Positions 41,239-55,889 are shown, numbered from the stretch's first letter. The stretch is 64,000 nucleotides of DNA from Eledone cirrhosa (GCA_964016885.1 OZ024742.1:184202001-184266000), one strand, 5' to 3'. Notes: generated from the sequence alone by a model not told the origin. Program-made: numbers and translations.

Positions 41239-41427
41239 ACAGGATATCAGGAAAACTAGACAACATTAATTTATGCAGTACAATCTTCAACACAGTTATG
41301 CAACTGTGTATATATATACACACATAAACAAACATACACACTTATTTAAACTTTGGAATAAAACATATGCATTGGCTATTTTTAGCTCATCTTAAGAACT
41401 TCTTCATATCTTATGCTTCTATACATA

Positions 41428-41768
41428 TCATCATCATCATCATCATCATTTTATGTCCGCTTTTCCCTGCTTGCAAGGGTGGGATGGGAACTGATTCTGG
41501 CTTGATTTTTACAGCTGGATGCCCTTCCTAACACCAACCTCATTTACAGTGAGTGCTGGGTGCTTTTTTTCCGTGGCGCCTACACGTCCACTTTGCAGTG
41601 GAATGACCCCAGTCCCTATCATCTCATTTCTACAGCTGAGTAAACTGGAGCAATGTGAAATAAAGTGGCTTGCTCAAGGAAACAACACATCACCCGGTCT
41701 GAGAATTGAACTCACAACCTTTCGATTGCAAGGCCAATGCTATAACCACTAAGCCATGTGCCTCCATG
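41428..41768 (-). mobile_element. tRNA-derived SINE family B with (GAT)n tail
   Basis: Highly similar reverse complement of 57244-57633; A box tggcttagtgg, B box gagttcaattc. Confidence 0.9.
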
Positions 41769-44409
41769 GTATAAGTATAAGAATGAACACAAAGGGATAA
41801 TAATGAACACAATACCTTCTTCAAGAATGCCATCGTTCCTTTGTGGTCTCTGAATATCTTGTTATGTCATAGATCTGCACCTGGAAAATTCCTCTCCAAA
41901 GTAGACCTGGCCACGATATTTTTGTGGAATATCAGGAGTTCTCCAGGGTCTTCTCTCTTCACATCACTGATGTTGTCTTAAGGAAAGGCAAGAGCTGATA
42001 CAGCTTGGCACCAGTGTCATGATAAATTATATATACACTATATATATATGTTATATATACACTGTATATGATGTTGTCTAATGGAAAAATCAAGGACTAA
42101 TACAGTATCGTCGCAACTCATATATACACTTTACATACACAATATGTAGATTGATCGCTGGGTGAAGAAGTGCCAGAAAATCCCAGTGGAGGACCACAGA
42201 AAACTGAGCAGAGGTGGTAAGAACCGATCTCAAATACCTAAAACTCACAGAGGAATGATAAAGAAATGCTACAAGTGGAGAGATGCTGTGCTGAAAAGGG
42301 TCCATCCAACCCATGCAAGCATGAAAAAATGGACGTTAAAATGATGATGCTAATAATGAATAGTACTCTATACATACTACATATATTGTCCAAAGGAAAA
42401 GCAAGGACTGAGACAGCTTGGCACCAGTGTCATTGTAAATCATATATACACTACGTATTCTATATACACTATACACATCCACATGAGCAAGATGTGGTCA
42501 CCTGACTTGACTTGTTTCAATATGTGACAACCCATCTAATCCATGCAAGTGTAGAAAATAGATATTAAATGTTGATTTTGTTGTCCAAGAGAAAAGCAAG
42601 GGCTGATACAGCTTGGCACTATTGTTGTAGATGGATTTGGAATGGAAAAGATCAAAAAAGATACCTCAAGGCATCATGTCCAACTCTCTAACAATTCTGC
42701 CAATTCCACCACCCTGCACAAAAGAAAGAAAAGAAAAATTGACCTCACCAGGGTTTGAACCAGAGCACATAAATCCAGAACAAATACCCTGAAGCACTTA
42801 ATCTGATACTTTAACAACTCTTCTAATTTGTAACTTTCATCCATCAAGCTATCTTAATACAAGAGCTTCTATAAGATCAATTATCCTACTAGAAATAGCA
42901 GCCATGGCTCCTTTAAATCATACACTACCATCTTTCCAAAAAAAAAAAGGTAGAACACTTTGGACAATGTATTCCTAGATATACTGTTTGTGAAGGCAAG
43001 TGGCTTAGTGGTGAGGGTGATCAACTCATATCATAAGGTCATGAGTTTTATTCCTAGACGAGGCAGCATGTTGTGTCCTTGAACAAGACATATTTCACAT
43101 TGCTCCTGTCCACTCAGCTGTAATTCAAGGACTTGTCACATATTGTAATGCTGGGTCTTTCTGTTAAGGGTACACCTGTCTGTGGAATGCTCAGCCACTT
43201 ACACGTTAATTTCACAAGTATGCAGTTCTGTTGATTAAATTAACTGGAACACCTGTCGGAATCCATGGAGATCCAACAACAGATTAAAAGTTAGATAGGA
43301 TGGTGATAGCTGTAATGTCTATGATCATATGTATGTTTAATCCTTTCTGATTTGGGGTTAGGAATAAAATCAGCCCTCTTTAGGAATCACTAGTTTATTG
43401 AGTATTGACAGGCACACTTAATTCCCAATAGGATTCAAACTCCAAATATAGATAATGGAGACTAAATACAGTTTGGTCCTTGGTCTAACACATTATCCCA
43501 TTGCTCACAGAAAAAAAAATTTTAATATTTTTTTCAGATTAACTGCCAGTTTTCTGTATGTATCTAGTTCAGAATAGGTATACAGAATCTTTGTGTCATG
43601 AGAGGTAAGAAAAAGTTAGGCACCAGGAAGGACATTCAGTTATAAAATATCTTTAAAAAAGACCCCATGATGAGTATGAAGTCTATTATGGAGTCTGCAA
43701 AGATAACCCCTTCTTTAGTACAGAAAATGGCCTTAAATAATGCTTGTTGTATTTACTGACAGTACTGGTAGTACAAAGAAAATAGTTTTCAACAAACAAT
43801 AGTCACACCTCAAATATATCTCATTAATTTCCTTTGAAATAGAAAATGTAATAAATAAGATTTGGTGGAGACTCCCATGACATATGATATAGTGGCTCAA
43901 TTTAAGACTTCTTTATGAAGTTATCTAGGACAGATCAGTGTAACAGGCATGCATAATCCTCTCCAGATAACATCTGCAGGGGTTAAACTTATCATTTCAA
44001 GCTTATAAGACACTCCTGAATTTTACAGTGTAGCTGTTGCTTATGGCAATGTGCTGTATCTACATTATGATAATTATTTAAACCAGTGATATCCAGCCAG
44101 AATTCTCTTACCTCTTTCTGTTCAAACCAGCTGTTACTGGCCATTAATACAGACTTTAAGGTATTGAATTCAAATGCCACCAAGATCAATAAAAAAAGTA
44201 CCAGTCCAGTATTGAGGTCAATTCTCTCTCTCTCTTTCTGCTTCTCCATCTCTGGAAAAAACAGCTATGTTCAGACCTGGAGAGGGAATAGGCTCTACCA
44301 GGTTTAAAGTGACTAAGACATGCTGTCTATTACTATGTCACTTGTATGACTTCATCAGGAGTTATGGGTTCATACATACATTAATGTGGTATTTATAACA
44401 TAACTTAAT

Positions 44410-45060
44410 AAGTTCTCGGGGGACTGGATTGATGCCCTGTCAGTAGCCAACATTGGTGGCCTTCTCAGTCAGGACAAACTCCGCATCTCCATTGCACTTC
44501 AAGTGGGAGCTGACATCTGTTAGAGTCTGAGATGCCGCTGTGGTAGGTCCCTTGACTCCACAGGTTTACATGGTTTGTCCAGCTGCCTGAATGCTGTTTG
44601 TTTTGCTCATCACACTGAGTTAAACCTGATCATCAAATGGGCCCTGGCTTGGGTAAATATCCCCACAGTTCTGGAGCTGGCTGGTTTATCCAGAAGTGAT
44701 GGGAAGAGACCAGACGGTCTTACCCCTTGTCCCTGGGTGAGAGGTAGGTATCTCATCTGGGAAGTCACAGTCAGTGACTCTTTTGCTCCCTCCCACATCA
44801 TAGACGCTGTGGTGAATGGGGGGGGGGCTACTGCTTCTGTTGCCGAATGGAGTAAAATTCAGAAATACCTGGACTTATCAAATAATTATTTTTTCTAGCC
44901 TGTGGCGTTCAAGACATTTGGTGGAGTTGGGCCACTGACAGCGAAGTTCTTGTCGTCGTTGGCGGCTCACCTTACTGAGGTTCCTGGTTATTTCAGCGCC
45001 TTACCTTCGCCATCACCCATAGTGATGCTGCGACCGTGTTGGCTTGCATCAAAATGTGTA
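44410..45060 (+). mobile_element. CRE-clade (RLE) retrotransposon 3' fragment
   Basis: SGDWID...LRISIALQVGAD...RCRCGRSLDSTGLHGLSSCLNA...HHTELNLIIKWAL...GLSRSDGKRPDGLT.CPW.RGRYLIWEVTVSDSFA...AE..K..KY (Zn knuckle and PD-(D/E)xK-type endonuclease). Confidence 0.88.
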
Positions 45061-46912
45061 GTTAACCCCTAAAGTGTGAGGTGCAGCTGATTATCACTCT
45101 CTTGGTGGTGAATTGCCCCCACCCTCCTTTTTTCTTTCCTTTATCGTTTTCGTTCAATGAATTATATTGTTATATTTTTATACACCTTGTATTGATTATG
45201 TGTTTATATTTTCATTCTGAAAGAACTGTGAACAATTTGTAATGTTATATATACAACTGTAAATAAAACTTAATAAAAAGTCCTTATATCAAATTGTTTA
45301 TTTTAAAGTATTTGTATTTATCTAAAACCTTCCATAATGTTATGTAAGAACCTTTATTATGTTCCAAACACCAGCTTAATAATGGTTTCTTTCTTTCTTT
45401 CTTTATTATTTTTTATTTATTTGCCAGCTTAATAATGAGAAAGTTAGTTATTTTACTAAATCTCTCCAAATTCTTGATTATTTTCCAAGTGATTTGAAAA
45501 TTAGAGGCAGTTTATTTCAGTAGAAGAGACAGGGAAAGTAAGGAATGGGTTAACAGTAGAAATTAAAGTGAAAACAAACTATGCGCAGATAATACGATAA
45601 TAAAGAAATTATTTTAACACATTCAGTAAAAAAAATCAACAAAAATAAACAGCAACAAATGAATAAATAAATACCAAAAGCAAGATGGAACTTTATAAAG
45701 AATGTGAGAAAAGGCAATATATAGTTAATAGCAACAACTGCCATGTGGATGTGAGGAGAAGAAACATGATATGAAAGGAAGTCTACCAATTCAGGTAGAA
45801 CTTTTTTACTATGGAAGCTTTTAATAGACATACCAGAAGTTAAACTCTCAAGAGAGTTTGTACAGAAAGGCTTTTAAGAAGGGGATGGGACAAAATATGT
45901 ATGCATTTAAGTGTATATATATATATATGTGTGTGTGTATGTTGGTCTGTATGTCAGGGGTGAGTTAAGCTGGCATGGGGGCCCCTGGCTAAGAATTTCA
46001 TCAGGGTTCTTCAGTGAAACTGATGTATTCATCATCATCATCATCATCTAACATCCATTCTCTTTGCTAGCAAGGACTGAATAGGTTGTCAAAGATCAAG
46101 TCAGTACTTAATCAGAGCTACTGACTTCTCAAATGAGGGCTACATCTTGCTTACATATGTTCCTGCACTATATAGAGTACACCAGGTGCATTTTATCATA
46201 GCACTAAGTAGGTTGTCATGTCTTTGACACAAGAGAAGATTCTTCTTGACCTTTTTTGTTTGGCATGTTTTCTACAGCTGGGTGCCCTTTCTATTGCCAA
46301 CTACATATATTTATATATTATTTATGGTAGCCAAAAAATTAATTTGAATCCTCTTTAAATATCGTGGGTCCCTGCATAAAGCCCAGTTAGACTCCACCCT
46401 TAACACTTTTGCATTTAAACCAGCCGTATCCAACCAGAATTCTTTCATCTCTTTCTGTTTAAACCGGCCATAACTGGCTGTTCATACTTATGTTAAGGTA
46501 TTGTTCTCAAAATAAATAATATCAAAATCTTGAAGATTCGATATTATGGGACATATTTATGTGAGGTAAAGGCTTTACTGTGACAATACAATAGTAAGTA
46601 TAGAGTAATGGAAATAATAAAAGGTTAAACTGGCACCGGTGTCTGTGTTTGCGTTTATGTCTACACCAGTCAAATAAAAACTTTGATATTGTTATGTTCT
46701 TTTATGTCTTATAACTTAACAATTTGACAAATAAAGATCAATAAAATAAGTACCAGAGTGAAATAAAAACTTAGGTTGATATGATTGACTAAAAACCTCT
46801 TCGAGAAAGTGGGTGCCCCAGTATGACAGGAACCAGTAAATGGGCAAGGGAATAAAAGAATGTAAAACAATTTTTGCAGAAAAAGGAAATTTTGATAATT
46901 TAAGCAATAGTA

Positions 46913-47350
46913 CTATAGTGGTGGTGGTGGTGGTGGTGGTGGTAGTAGTAGTAGTTGTAGTAGTAGTGACGACATGTGACTTAGTGGTTAGGGAATTTGG
47001 TTCATGATTGTTAGGTAGTTAATTCAATTCTCAGCAATACATTGTGTTTTTGAGCAAGACACTTTATTTCACATTGCTCCAATCCACTCAGTGGTAAAAA
47101 ATGAGTTGCACCTGTAATTCAAAGGGACAGCCATCTCACTAACTGTGTTATACTAAATCTCCCTGAGAACTATATTAAAGGTACATGTGCCTGTGTAATG
47201 CTCAGCCACTTGCACATTAAATTCACAAGCAGGCTATGTTGTTCTTTGAACAACAGGAACAGTCGTTGTCAAAAACGATTGGAGATTCAACACTAGTAGT
47301 AGTAGTAGTAGTAGTAGCAGCAGCAGCAGCAGCAGCAGCAACAGTAGTAA
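46913..47350 (+). mobile_element. tRNA-derived SINE (family C) embedded between (GTG/GTA)n and (GTA/GCA)n microsatellites; related copies near 9000, 21340, 29570, 36000, 43000, 48400, 56520
   Basis: A/B box-like head, conserved ctcagccacttgcacattaatttcac body, trinucleotide flanks. Confidence 0.75.
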
Positions 47351-47779
47351 AGTGTTATTGTGAATTGTGAGAAATAGGGCAACAAAGTGAAGATATGATT
47401 TATAGGAAACAGACCAAAAATATACTGTAATAATAATAACAACAGTAAAGTAGAAAATGCTTTTCAAACATGACCCTCCTTTTTTGATGTGATTTCCATT
47501 GAATAAATACTAAACTAAAGCATTATTTGTTAAATAAAAGTTGTTTTTTTTTTAAATTCAAATGTTGACTACAACAATATATCTGTTTAAACATACATGA
47601 TTTCACTTCAAGAATCTTGCAAAGCAAATACATGACTTAAATGCCTTATTTTTTTAGTGCTGTTCAAGAGCAGATGCAGCAAGGCTGAATGTTTAAGAAG
47701 TTTGCTTCACAAACATTAGGTCAAGGGCAAATGTCATTTACCATAGCCTAGGGTTGACCCAAGGAAGAAAAGAACATAC

Positions 47780-48403
47780 AGTGTCAAGGTGTTAGGCTTC
47801 AACAAGTCAAATACCTTGGTTCAACACTTGAGCAGACAGCAAAGGAAAGTTGGGAAATAAGGGCGAGACTAGCAACTGCAAGAACAGTCCTGAAGTACAC
47901 TCAGCAGCCTTTGGAAGGATAGAGCTCTCACAAAGTCCACCAAAAAGAAAGTAATCAAAACATTAGTGTGGCTGGTAGCTCTATATGGTTGTGAGTCATG
48001 AACTTTAAAGGCATCTGACCTGAAACAACTGAGTGCATTTGAAATGTCATGATATAGGCGTGCACTTAGAATTAGCTGGATAGCTCACAGAACAAATGAA
48101 TCTGCCCTGGAAGAGATTGGTGTCAATCGACAGTTGGTTGAAACAGTAAGGAAAAGGAAACTTCAGTATTTTGGTCATATCATCAGGGCCCAAAATTTGA
48201 TCACCCACATCCTTGAGGGACAAATACAAGGGAAAGGGGCCAGGGGACAGCAGAAAAGAAGATGAACATGGTATTAAGGAATGGAAGAAGTTTGGCTGAA
48301 TGTACAGCAATGGCAAGAGACAGAAAAAGATAAATAGAGCTGGTTCATGAGTCCATGAACCCCGACCCTCAGTATGAGGATGGGATGAGGTTAGGTTAGG
48401 GTT
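47780..48403 (+). mobile_element. RTE (BovB-like) LINE 3' fragment
   Basis: Translation: IKTLVWLVALYGCES*TLKASDLKQLSAFEMS*YRRALRISWIAHRTNESALEEIG...RKRKLQYFGHIIR...ILEGQIQGK; ends in a ttaggttagg tail. Confidence 0.88.
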
Positions 48404-49715
48404 GACCAATGCCTTTTGAGTGAAATTGGGTGGACAGAAACTGTTTAGAAACCCATTGGATGGATTGTATGTGTAATTCAAAGAGTCAGTCTTGTCAAAT
48501 ACTGTCACACTGAATCTTCCTGAGAATTTTGTTACGGATACACATGTCTGTGGAATGCTCAACCACTTGCACATTAATTTCATGAACAGGTTGCACCATT
48601 GATCAAACAGCTAGAACACTCAATGTCTTAACCTTTGGAGGTCCATTCCATACTTTTGTTTCATCGGCAAAGATCTTATGTTTGAATGGTAACAAAAACA
48701 AGTGTATATAAATTACAAAATGTATAGGCTGTAACATAAATTCCTGAGATACCCCACTAATTACTTATTGCCATTTTGATTTTGTCTCACAAACTTTAAA
48801 TATCCTTGGGTTTGTTAATTCAAATATTTATAGTATCTTTACTAATGATCAGATTTTCTGAAGATTTGTTGTACTAGAGGTAAGTAAAAGAGCAGATCTT
48901 CAGATTGGACCAAGGAAACAATGTTTCCATCGCTGATATAGTGATATTACCTGCCAGTCGTAACACTTGGCAGAAGGAACATTATGAAATAAAGTATTTT
49001 GCTTAAGAACACAACACATCGCCATGCTCATGAATCGAACCCATGACCTTATGATTGAGAAATTAACACCCTAACCACTAGACCTGCAATTTTTAATGTG
49101 ATGCAGCAGCTTTGTCCTGTTTTGTATTTTTCAAGAATGTCTTTCTGTGATAGTTTCATGTAGTACTTGACATTAAGAGTTAACCGACATTCACTGATTT
49201 TTAGAGTTAGGGTTAGGGTTTCTTTGTCTGCTTGTGTATGTGTGAACATATAAATATATACATATGGAAAAACGTGGGCAGGTGTTTGCAAGGAACTGAG
49301 ACCCGTATCTCTTGGATATCAAGTGAGTGCATTAACCCCATTATACTAAGGGGTCCCTGACCACCAATTGCCATCTTTTAGATTTTAAGCATGTAGCATG
49401 ACATATCCACATTTTTCTATCTCCAGGGGTACTTTACCAGATTTTCTCAATTATTGTTTATAGTGATCGACTATTGATATAGTCGTTTATGTTGGGACGA
49501 CTACAATTCAAATTTCCCCAATGTTTCTTAAGTCAACCGGATATTCATATATATATAAATATATGTTATAATTTGGTAAAGAATATCCAAAGCTAGCAGA
49601 GCATTCAATCAGTGGGATGAGTTGTAGATATTTATTACACCATGATGTCATTTGTTGTACAATTGCTTCTCTTGGCTTGTCTTAGTGGAAAAACAATTGT
49701 ACCTCAAATGACGCC

Positions 49716-49755
<40 letters not shown>

Positions 49756-51560
49756 CGGAGCATACAACGAAATATTTTGATATCCCAATTTCGAGCTAGT
49801 TCTGATGTGAAAATGATATACGAATTATTAACCAATTATTTAAACCTTAAAGTGTTTGATATTGTTGAAATGAATATTTTAAACCAATGTAAATGACTGC
49901 ATAATTTAAACTATTCCATTAAACATAAACATTTCGATTTATTGAATCAAGCGAAATTATAACCTATAAAGTATTCTGTAGTTGAAAAGAGTTGATCATT
50001 TTCTACTTCCGGTTTCATGGCTTATGTCCTCGAACTTTGATAGAAGAGTTATTGGAGGTCATCTTATGAACATGTTTTACATATATGTAAATAATATATA
50101 ACTACCTGATATCCAATGTAAGTATTTATGTGTTTCTTTTGAATTTATAGAATAACTGACAGCTTAATACTCATTCGCAAGTGGCTTCCAGCTTTTTTTT
50201 CGGCATTTTAACGTCCTTGACACTGTTACCTTGACAACCAATAATGCTGGAAGCCAGCCACTAACGTTTATCTCTAACTACATGTTCGTGAGATTCCATC
50301 ACAGGATTCAAGTGTTTAGCTGGACTGTATTAATTCATGGCCTGGCCCCTGGGTTTTCAGGTATTTCGAGCCCCTTCTTTCACCCTACTACAGCAAAAAG
50401 AAAAAAAACAATTGACGGGACTCTTAGTTTACAGCCATGTCAACATTATAAATAATATGGCTCTGGTTTTTAGAAATATTATTATTATATTTATTTGTAA
50501 ATTGCTGACTTCATTTTGTTTAGTTCTATCGAAATAAACAAAGAATTTTGTGTCTACTACTTGAACAATAAAAGCGGAGGTGTTATGGAGAACATTAAGT
50601 TAATGTAAAAATTCACAATTAACGTTATACACAAATTACAACATACACACACATACATATAATGTCGTGTGTGTGTATATGTATATATACATATGTCGTG
50701 TGCGTAAGTCTCTTTCTGTATTTATATATATGTGTGCGTACGTGCGTATATTTATATCCCAGTATGTTTTATTTATTCGACAAATTTCAATTCGGTTATA
50801 TGTTTGCAATAACAAAAAGAAAGAGGGAAAACAATTAAATAACGAAAGTAAGGAAATGTTTATACGATATATATATATATATATAAATGTAAGTATGCAA
50901 GTAAGTGCCATACTAAGAGTGAGAAATGAAATTTCGTTTTCATTTTGTTTCAATTTATATATATATATATAATTGTTTCTACTTTTGGCACAAGGCCAGC
51001 AATTACTCAATACATTACTGGTACTTTATTTTATATATATATATAATATTGTAAATGTTTGTTTTTGTTGCCCTTGTGTAAGATAACATTATCATCTGAG
51101 TTCAAATCCCGTCGAGGTTAACTTTGCCTTTCATCCTTACGGGGTCGATAAAATAAGTACCAGTAATGTACTGCGTAATTTCTGGCCTTGTACCAAAAGT
51201 AGAAACAATTATTATCATTATATCACGTTCGTTAATTCCATCTATTTATTTGTTTAATGTCAGTTAGGTTTCGTAGGGACATTTTATTTTTCATTTCATC
51301 CTACGTAATAACTTTAGAAATACATTTTGTATTATCTTTTTTTTCTCTCGCTCTGTCTCTGTCTTTCCCTGTATATACATCTACACAAGCACGCACACAC
51401 ACACAGATATGTGCGTGGTTCGATGCCCATAGTGGGATTTACTCTTTTACTCTCTCTCCGGCTCGCATTTAAAGATGTTTTATATAATTTGTACTAAAAA
51501 AAATAACTTTTTGCATTTTAACTAATATGTATATATGTAAACACTTAAAATTCTCTCCGC

Positions 51561-51629
<69 letters not shown>

Positions 51630-52099
51630 GTATATATATGCAGTATGTATATATAATACTTTTGGTTTTGTCAGGCTGTATTGGCGTAGTATAATACATT
51701 AGCATATAGCCACAAATTTATTTTTAGTGTCGGGAGATCTGCGCATTTTAGCGTTAGTGAATTTCATTGTATGTATTGTCTAGTGGGAATCTTAAACCTA
51801 ACAGTGCACTCGTTTCTATAAAGATTTTCCACCACACTCCCTCTATCACTACAATTAAATACTAGTATTGCTATAAGTTCTCGTAGCATTATAAAATATT
51901 GCACTTAGATTGACCCATACGGTATTGCTCTTGCGATCAATATAAAGTCGCTGGTTTAATTCATCAATAAAAGAGAAAAAAACGCACAAGGAGGTAATAC
52001 ACACATCTAGTACCACATACAACAAAAGGCAGGCGAAAGGGGTGGACAAACGGACCGCTACCAGAGCAAAAGATAACAATATAACGAGGAACAAGCGCC

Positions 52100-52680
52100 C
52101 TTACGAGCATCACCAATTAACTCGATTAGGCGAGCCACCAGTGAAGACAAGAACCTCGCAGTCAGTAGTATGACTCCCCCAAACGTCTCGAAATCCTGAA
52201 ATAACTGTCGGCTGGTAGTTAGCCGACAGATGACGCTATTTCAGGATGTTGTTCCGTTCAGCAGCATCCAGGATGTGGGAAGAAACAAAAGAGTCACTAA
52301 CTGTGACGTCCCAGATAAGACACCTGCCTCTCAACCAAGTGCATAGGGTATGACCGTCAGGTCTTTTCTCATCAATTCTGGACAATCTAGACGGTTCCAA
52401 AATTGAGGGGATGTTTGCCCGGGCCAAAGCTCTCTTCATGATGAGGTTTAGTTCAGTGTGACGAGCAAAGCGACCGGCATTCAGGCTGCTAGATAGACTG
52501 TGGAGGCATGTGGAGTCAAGGATCTTGCCACACCGACATTTCAGACTTGTACAGACGTCGGTTCCACTCCAAGGGCAATGGAGACACGAAGCTCGTCCAA
52601 GCTGAGTAGGCCACCAATGTTAGCCACGGGTAGGTAATCAACCAGTCACCTGAGTATTTGACGCTAGCAGACAATAACCG
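52100..52680 (-). mobile_element. CRE-clade (RLE) retrotransposon 3' fragment
   Basis: SVKYSGDWL...; KRALARANIPSILEPSRLSRIDEKRPDGHTLCTWLRGRCLIWDVTVSDSF. Confidence 0.88.
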
Positions 52681-53559
52681 GCATGTTGTCTTCTTGAGCA
52701 AGACGCTTCATTTCACATTGCTTTTCATGATTTGGCATAAGTAAGTGTGGACTTTGTAGTGTAAAATGTAGGCTGAGTCATTTTCTTGTGGTCAGAGCAA
52801 GTTGTACCAAAACCTTTTTCAACTTACTGTAAGTTGAAATTATATTTGGGAGAATGGGGTGCATAACTGGCACATATTGTAGAGATAGCCTAGGATACTA
52901 AATATCCAGGCGCTGGCTTTGGTCACGGGGAAACTTTAAATAATAACCGATATAATAGATTCTTTGTTTCATTGTTTTCATCATCATCATCATCATCATC
53001 GTTTAACGTCTATATTAAATAAAACAATTTTTTTACACATATATATATCGCGTCATTGTATGAATTGTGTTGTCATTGTGTACAAGTTGTATAAGCAACT
53101 TAAAATAGTATTTGTTTAAATTAATATGGAATGTAGCAATTTTTCCTAATTTGAATTGTAAATGTTTTCCTGGCCAAAACTGACTCCTTTTCTTGGCCAA
53201 TATTTTACTTTTTCCTGTGAATTTTCTTCCTAGCTAAAATTATGACATATGAGTCGCTTCATTTCTGTTCACTTTAGAAATATCTTTAATAACTCTAGCC
53301 TGTTTTTACTACATAAAACAGTAAAAACAAGTTTCCATAAAGGTTGGTTCCTTTGTGAGTAGATACAAGGACCTTATATTTCACCCTTTCGTACTGAAAA
53401 TTGTCAAAATATTAACCTTGAATATAACCCGCCCCCCTATTTGATCACATATTTCTCAGCTTATATTCAAGTATATGTGGTATTCTGTTATCATCAGACA
53501 TAACATCATATAAAATCTGTTACATTGATATCTGCCAATGTGAATAATGGTCAGTATCA

Positions 53560-53911
53560 ATACCTATCACCAAAGCTTTAGATGGTTGCTACACCTGAAT
53601 GCTAACAATAATAAAAAACATCAAACTTCTTGACCTACAAACAAAATTCTATATGGCAACCTCCTGCCCATTAGCTATACCATCCATATCAGGCACTCCA
53701 AATTGCAGGTCATGTCATGAGAGGCAACAAACTAGCTACAAAACTTTTACTATGGGAGTCCACTAATGTGAAATGCAAATACAAAAGACCTCTCAAGACA
53801 TTAAAAAGAGTTATTGAGGAAGATATAGCATTGTCTGATGAAGAACTGAAGCAGTTAATGTTGGATCATGTGAAATGGAAATATCTTATATCACCACAAA
53901 GAAGTGGATGA
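53560..53911 (+). mobile_element. Degraded RTE-like LINE 3' fragment
   Basis: LDGCYT*ML...LYGNLLPIS...AGHVMRGNKLATKLLLWE...RP.KT..RVIEED. Confidence 0.7.
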
Positions 53912-54379
53912 ATTTATTTGTAGTAGTAGTAAATCTGTTATCTATTTGAAAAAGAAATTTTGTTTCTTTCAATTGCCTAGAATTTCTTTATCATTATTTT
54001 CGTTTGTTTTAAAAGAAGAGCAGGACAGTGTCAGTGGTGTTGGCATGTCCTATCCTGGCTAGGTTGATGTAGTTGATGTTAAGCTTGAGTATCTATAGGT
54101 TTGTGTCTGTATGAAAAACACGAGCTGAGAGATTCCAGAGTATTTGGTTTCTGAGGAGCTGCAAGTAACCTTATATAGAAAGGATTAGGTAGCTAGTTAA
54201 TTGAGAGGAGTAGATGATATTAGAATAGACAGTGAAAACAACCATGTGTCTAAAGTAGAGGCCTATATTGAAACATATACAAAATGTTTATGTATAATAA
54301 ACATACATAGTCTCATTTCAAGAATTTTAAGCTGTGATCACATCATAGCTACCTCATTATCTGAATGAGAACGACAAAT

Positions 54380-55570
54380 ACATATATTTCAGCTAGCTCT
54401 TCTTTGTGTAGGCTCCCACAAAATAACTTCACTAACAATTTTGCTTTTAGCTCTCTAGTAATGTCCTGTGAATCTGACTATACTTTTTGATGATGTTTGA
54501 TACTAAACAAAGGTTCCTATGCAGTCACTCATTGGCCAGATGATCTCTCCAAGTGACATTCAAAGCCTCTCTTAACATGCAAGTGTAGACTTTATCTAAT
54601 CTCCTTTCCAGTTTTAAGGTAAGGGTCCATGCTGAGTAGCCATACAATAGAACAGAGGTAACAGTTGCTTGAAAGAGGTTCCTTTTCATGTTGTCTAGAT
54701 TTCCACACTAGAGATGATTTGTCAATGGCACCCAAGCCTTACCAATGCATGTGTTTACATCTCTGATTTTTGTGGCAAAATATCTATTACTCCTTCATGG
54801 ATGTAGTCTTTAATGGTATTGACACAAGTTCTGAGAATATAATTCAATCAAATGAAGATATAGGGTGCTAAAGTGTCACCTTGTAGCACTCCTGCAACAA
54901 TTTCAAAGAAATCTGGAGATAGAACCATTGAATATGTGTTTTTGTAAAGCATCATAATGGCTTTTACTGTTTCATTGGGTATACCATAGACTAGCAGTAT
55001 TTCTTCCATTTAGCCATTATGAATTGAATCCAAATCTTTGTAGAAATCAACGAATAACAGAACAAAATTTAGATTTTTAGCTTTTACACCTTCAAGAATT
55101 CTGCAAACAGTTAAGAGTTCACTGATAGTTGATTGTCTTTTTTGAAAGCTATTTTGATATTTTTCTCAATATGTTTTTGATTTTTTTACATAAGCAGCAG
55201 AAAGTTATACATTTTTGCAGCTATTTCTCTGTAGTTTTTTGCTATACCAAGACCTCCTTTTGGGGAGAAAGGGAGGATACAGCCCTTAATCAATGTTTCT
55301 ATATTGTTTTTATTATATACATCATTGCAAGCAGAGCTTATAGAGAATATCATTAAATTGTTTGGTTTTCCATAACTCGGGTGGTATTTCATCAAAGCCA
55401 AGGTGCTCTGTTCAATTTCAATGTTTTTAGAACTTTTTCCAGTTCAGCATTTGTAAAGTTTCTACATTTGATACTAAGTTGTTCCTATATTTGTTGTATA
55501 GGTATATCAACTATGTCTGGCAGTGATTATTCCACATTTGTAGCCTTTCTTTTTCACTTGTTGCTTTGAG
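54380..55570 (-). mobile_element. Degraded RTE-like LINE RT region
   Basis: ILPFSPKGGLGIAKNYR, LFVDF...DSIH, FFEIVAGVLQGDTLAPYIFI, SVLLYGYSAWTL. Confidence 0.85.
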
Positions 55571-55889
55571 TTTTGACTTGGTTGAATACGTTTTTTATGC
55601 AGTGGTATTGTACCATATAGGCAGCAAATTGGCAGAATCATTAGAACGTCAGATAGAATACTTTGCAGTATTTCTTTCAGATCTCTGCTCTCTGAGTTCT
55701 AATCCCGCCAAGGTCAACTTTGCCTTTCTTCCTCTATATCTCTTTCTCACTTCCATTCTTTCTCTCTCTCTCTGGAAGAAACCTGCTGTATTCAGACCTA
55801 GGGAGGAAATAGACACTGCCAGGTTTTAAAATGCCCTAGAAACTCTGTATATCAATATGGCCCCTGACATCTCTCTCAGGAGTTACAGG

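Noticed and set aside
48388-48403. ttaggttagggtt telomere-like motif (also ~49207)
   Set aside because: Only 2-3 units; best explained as the RTE 3' tail or chance.
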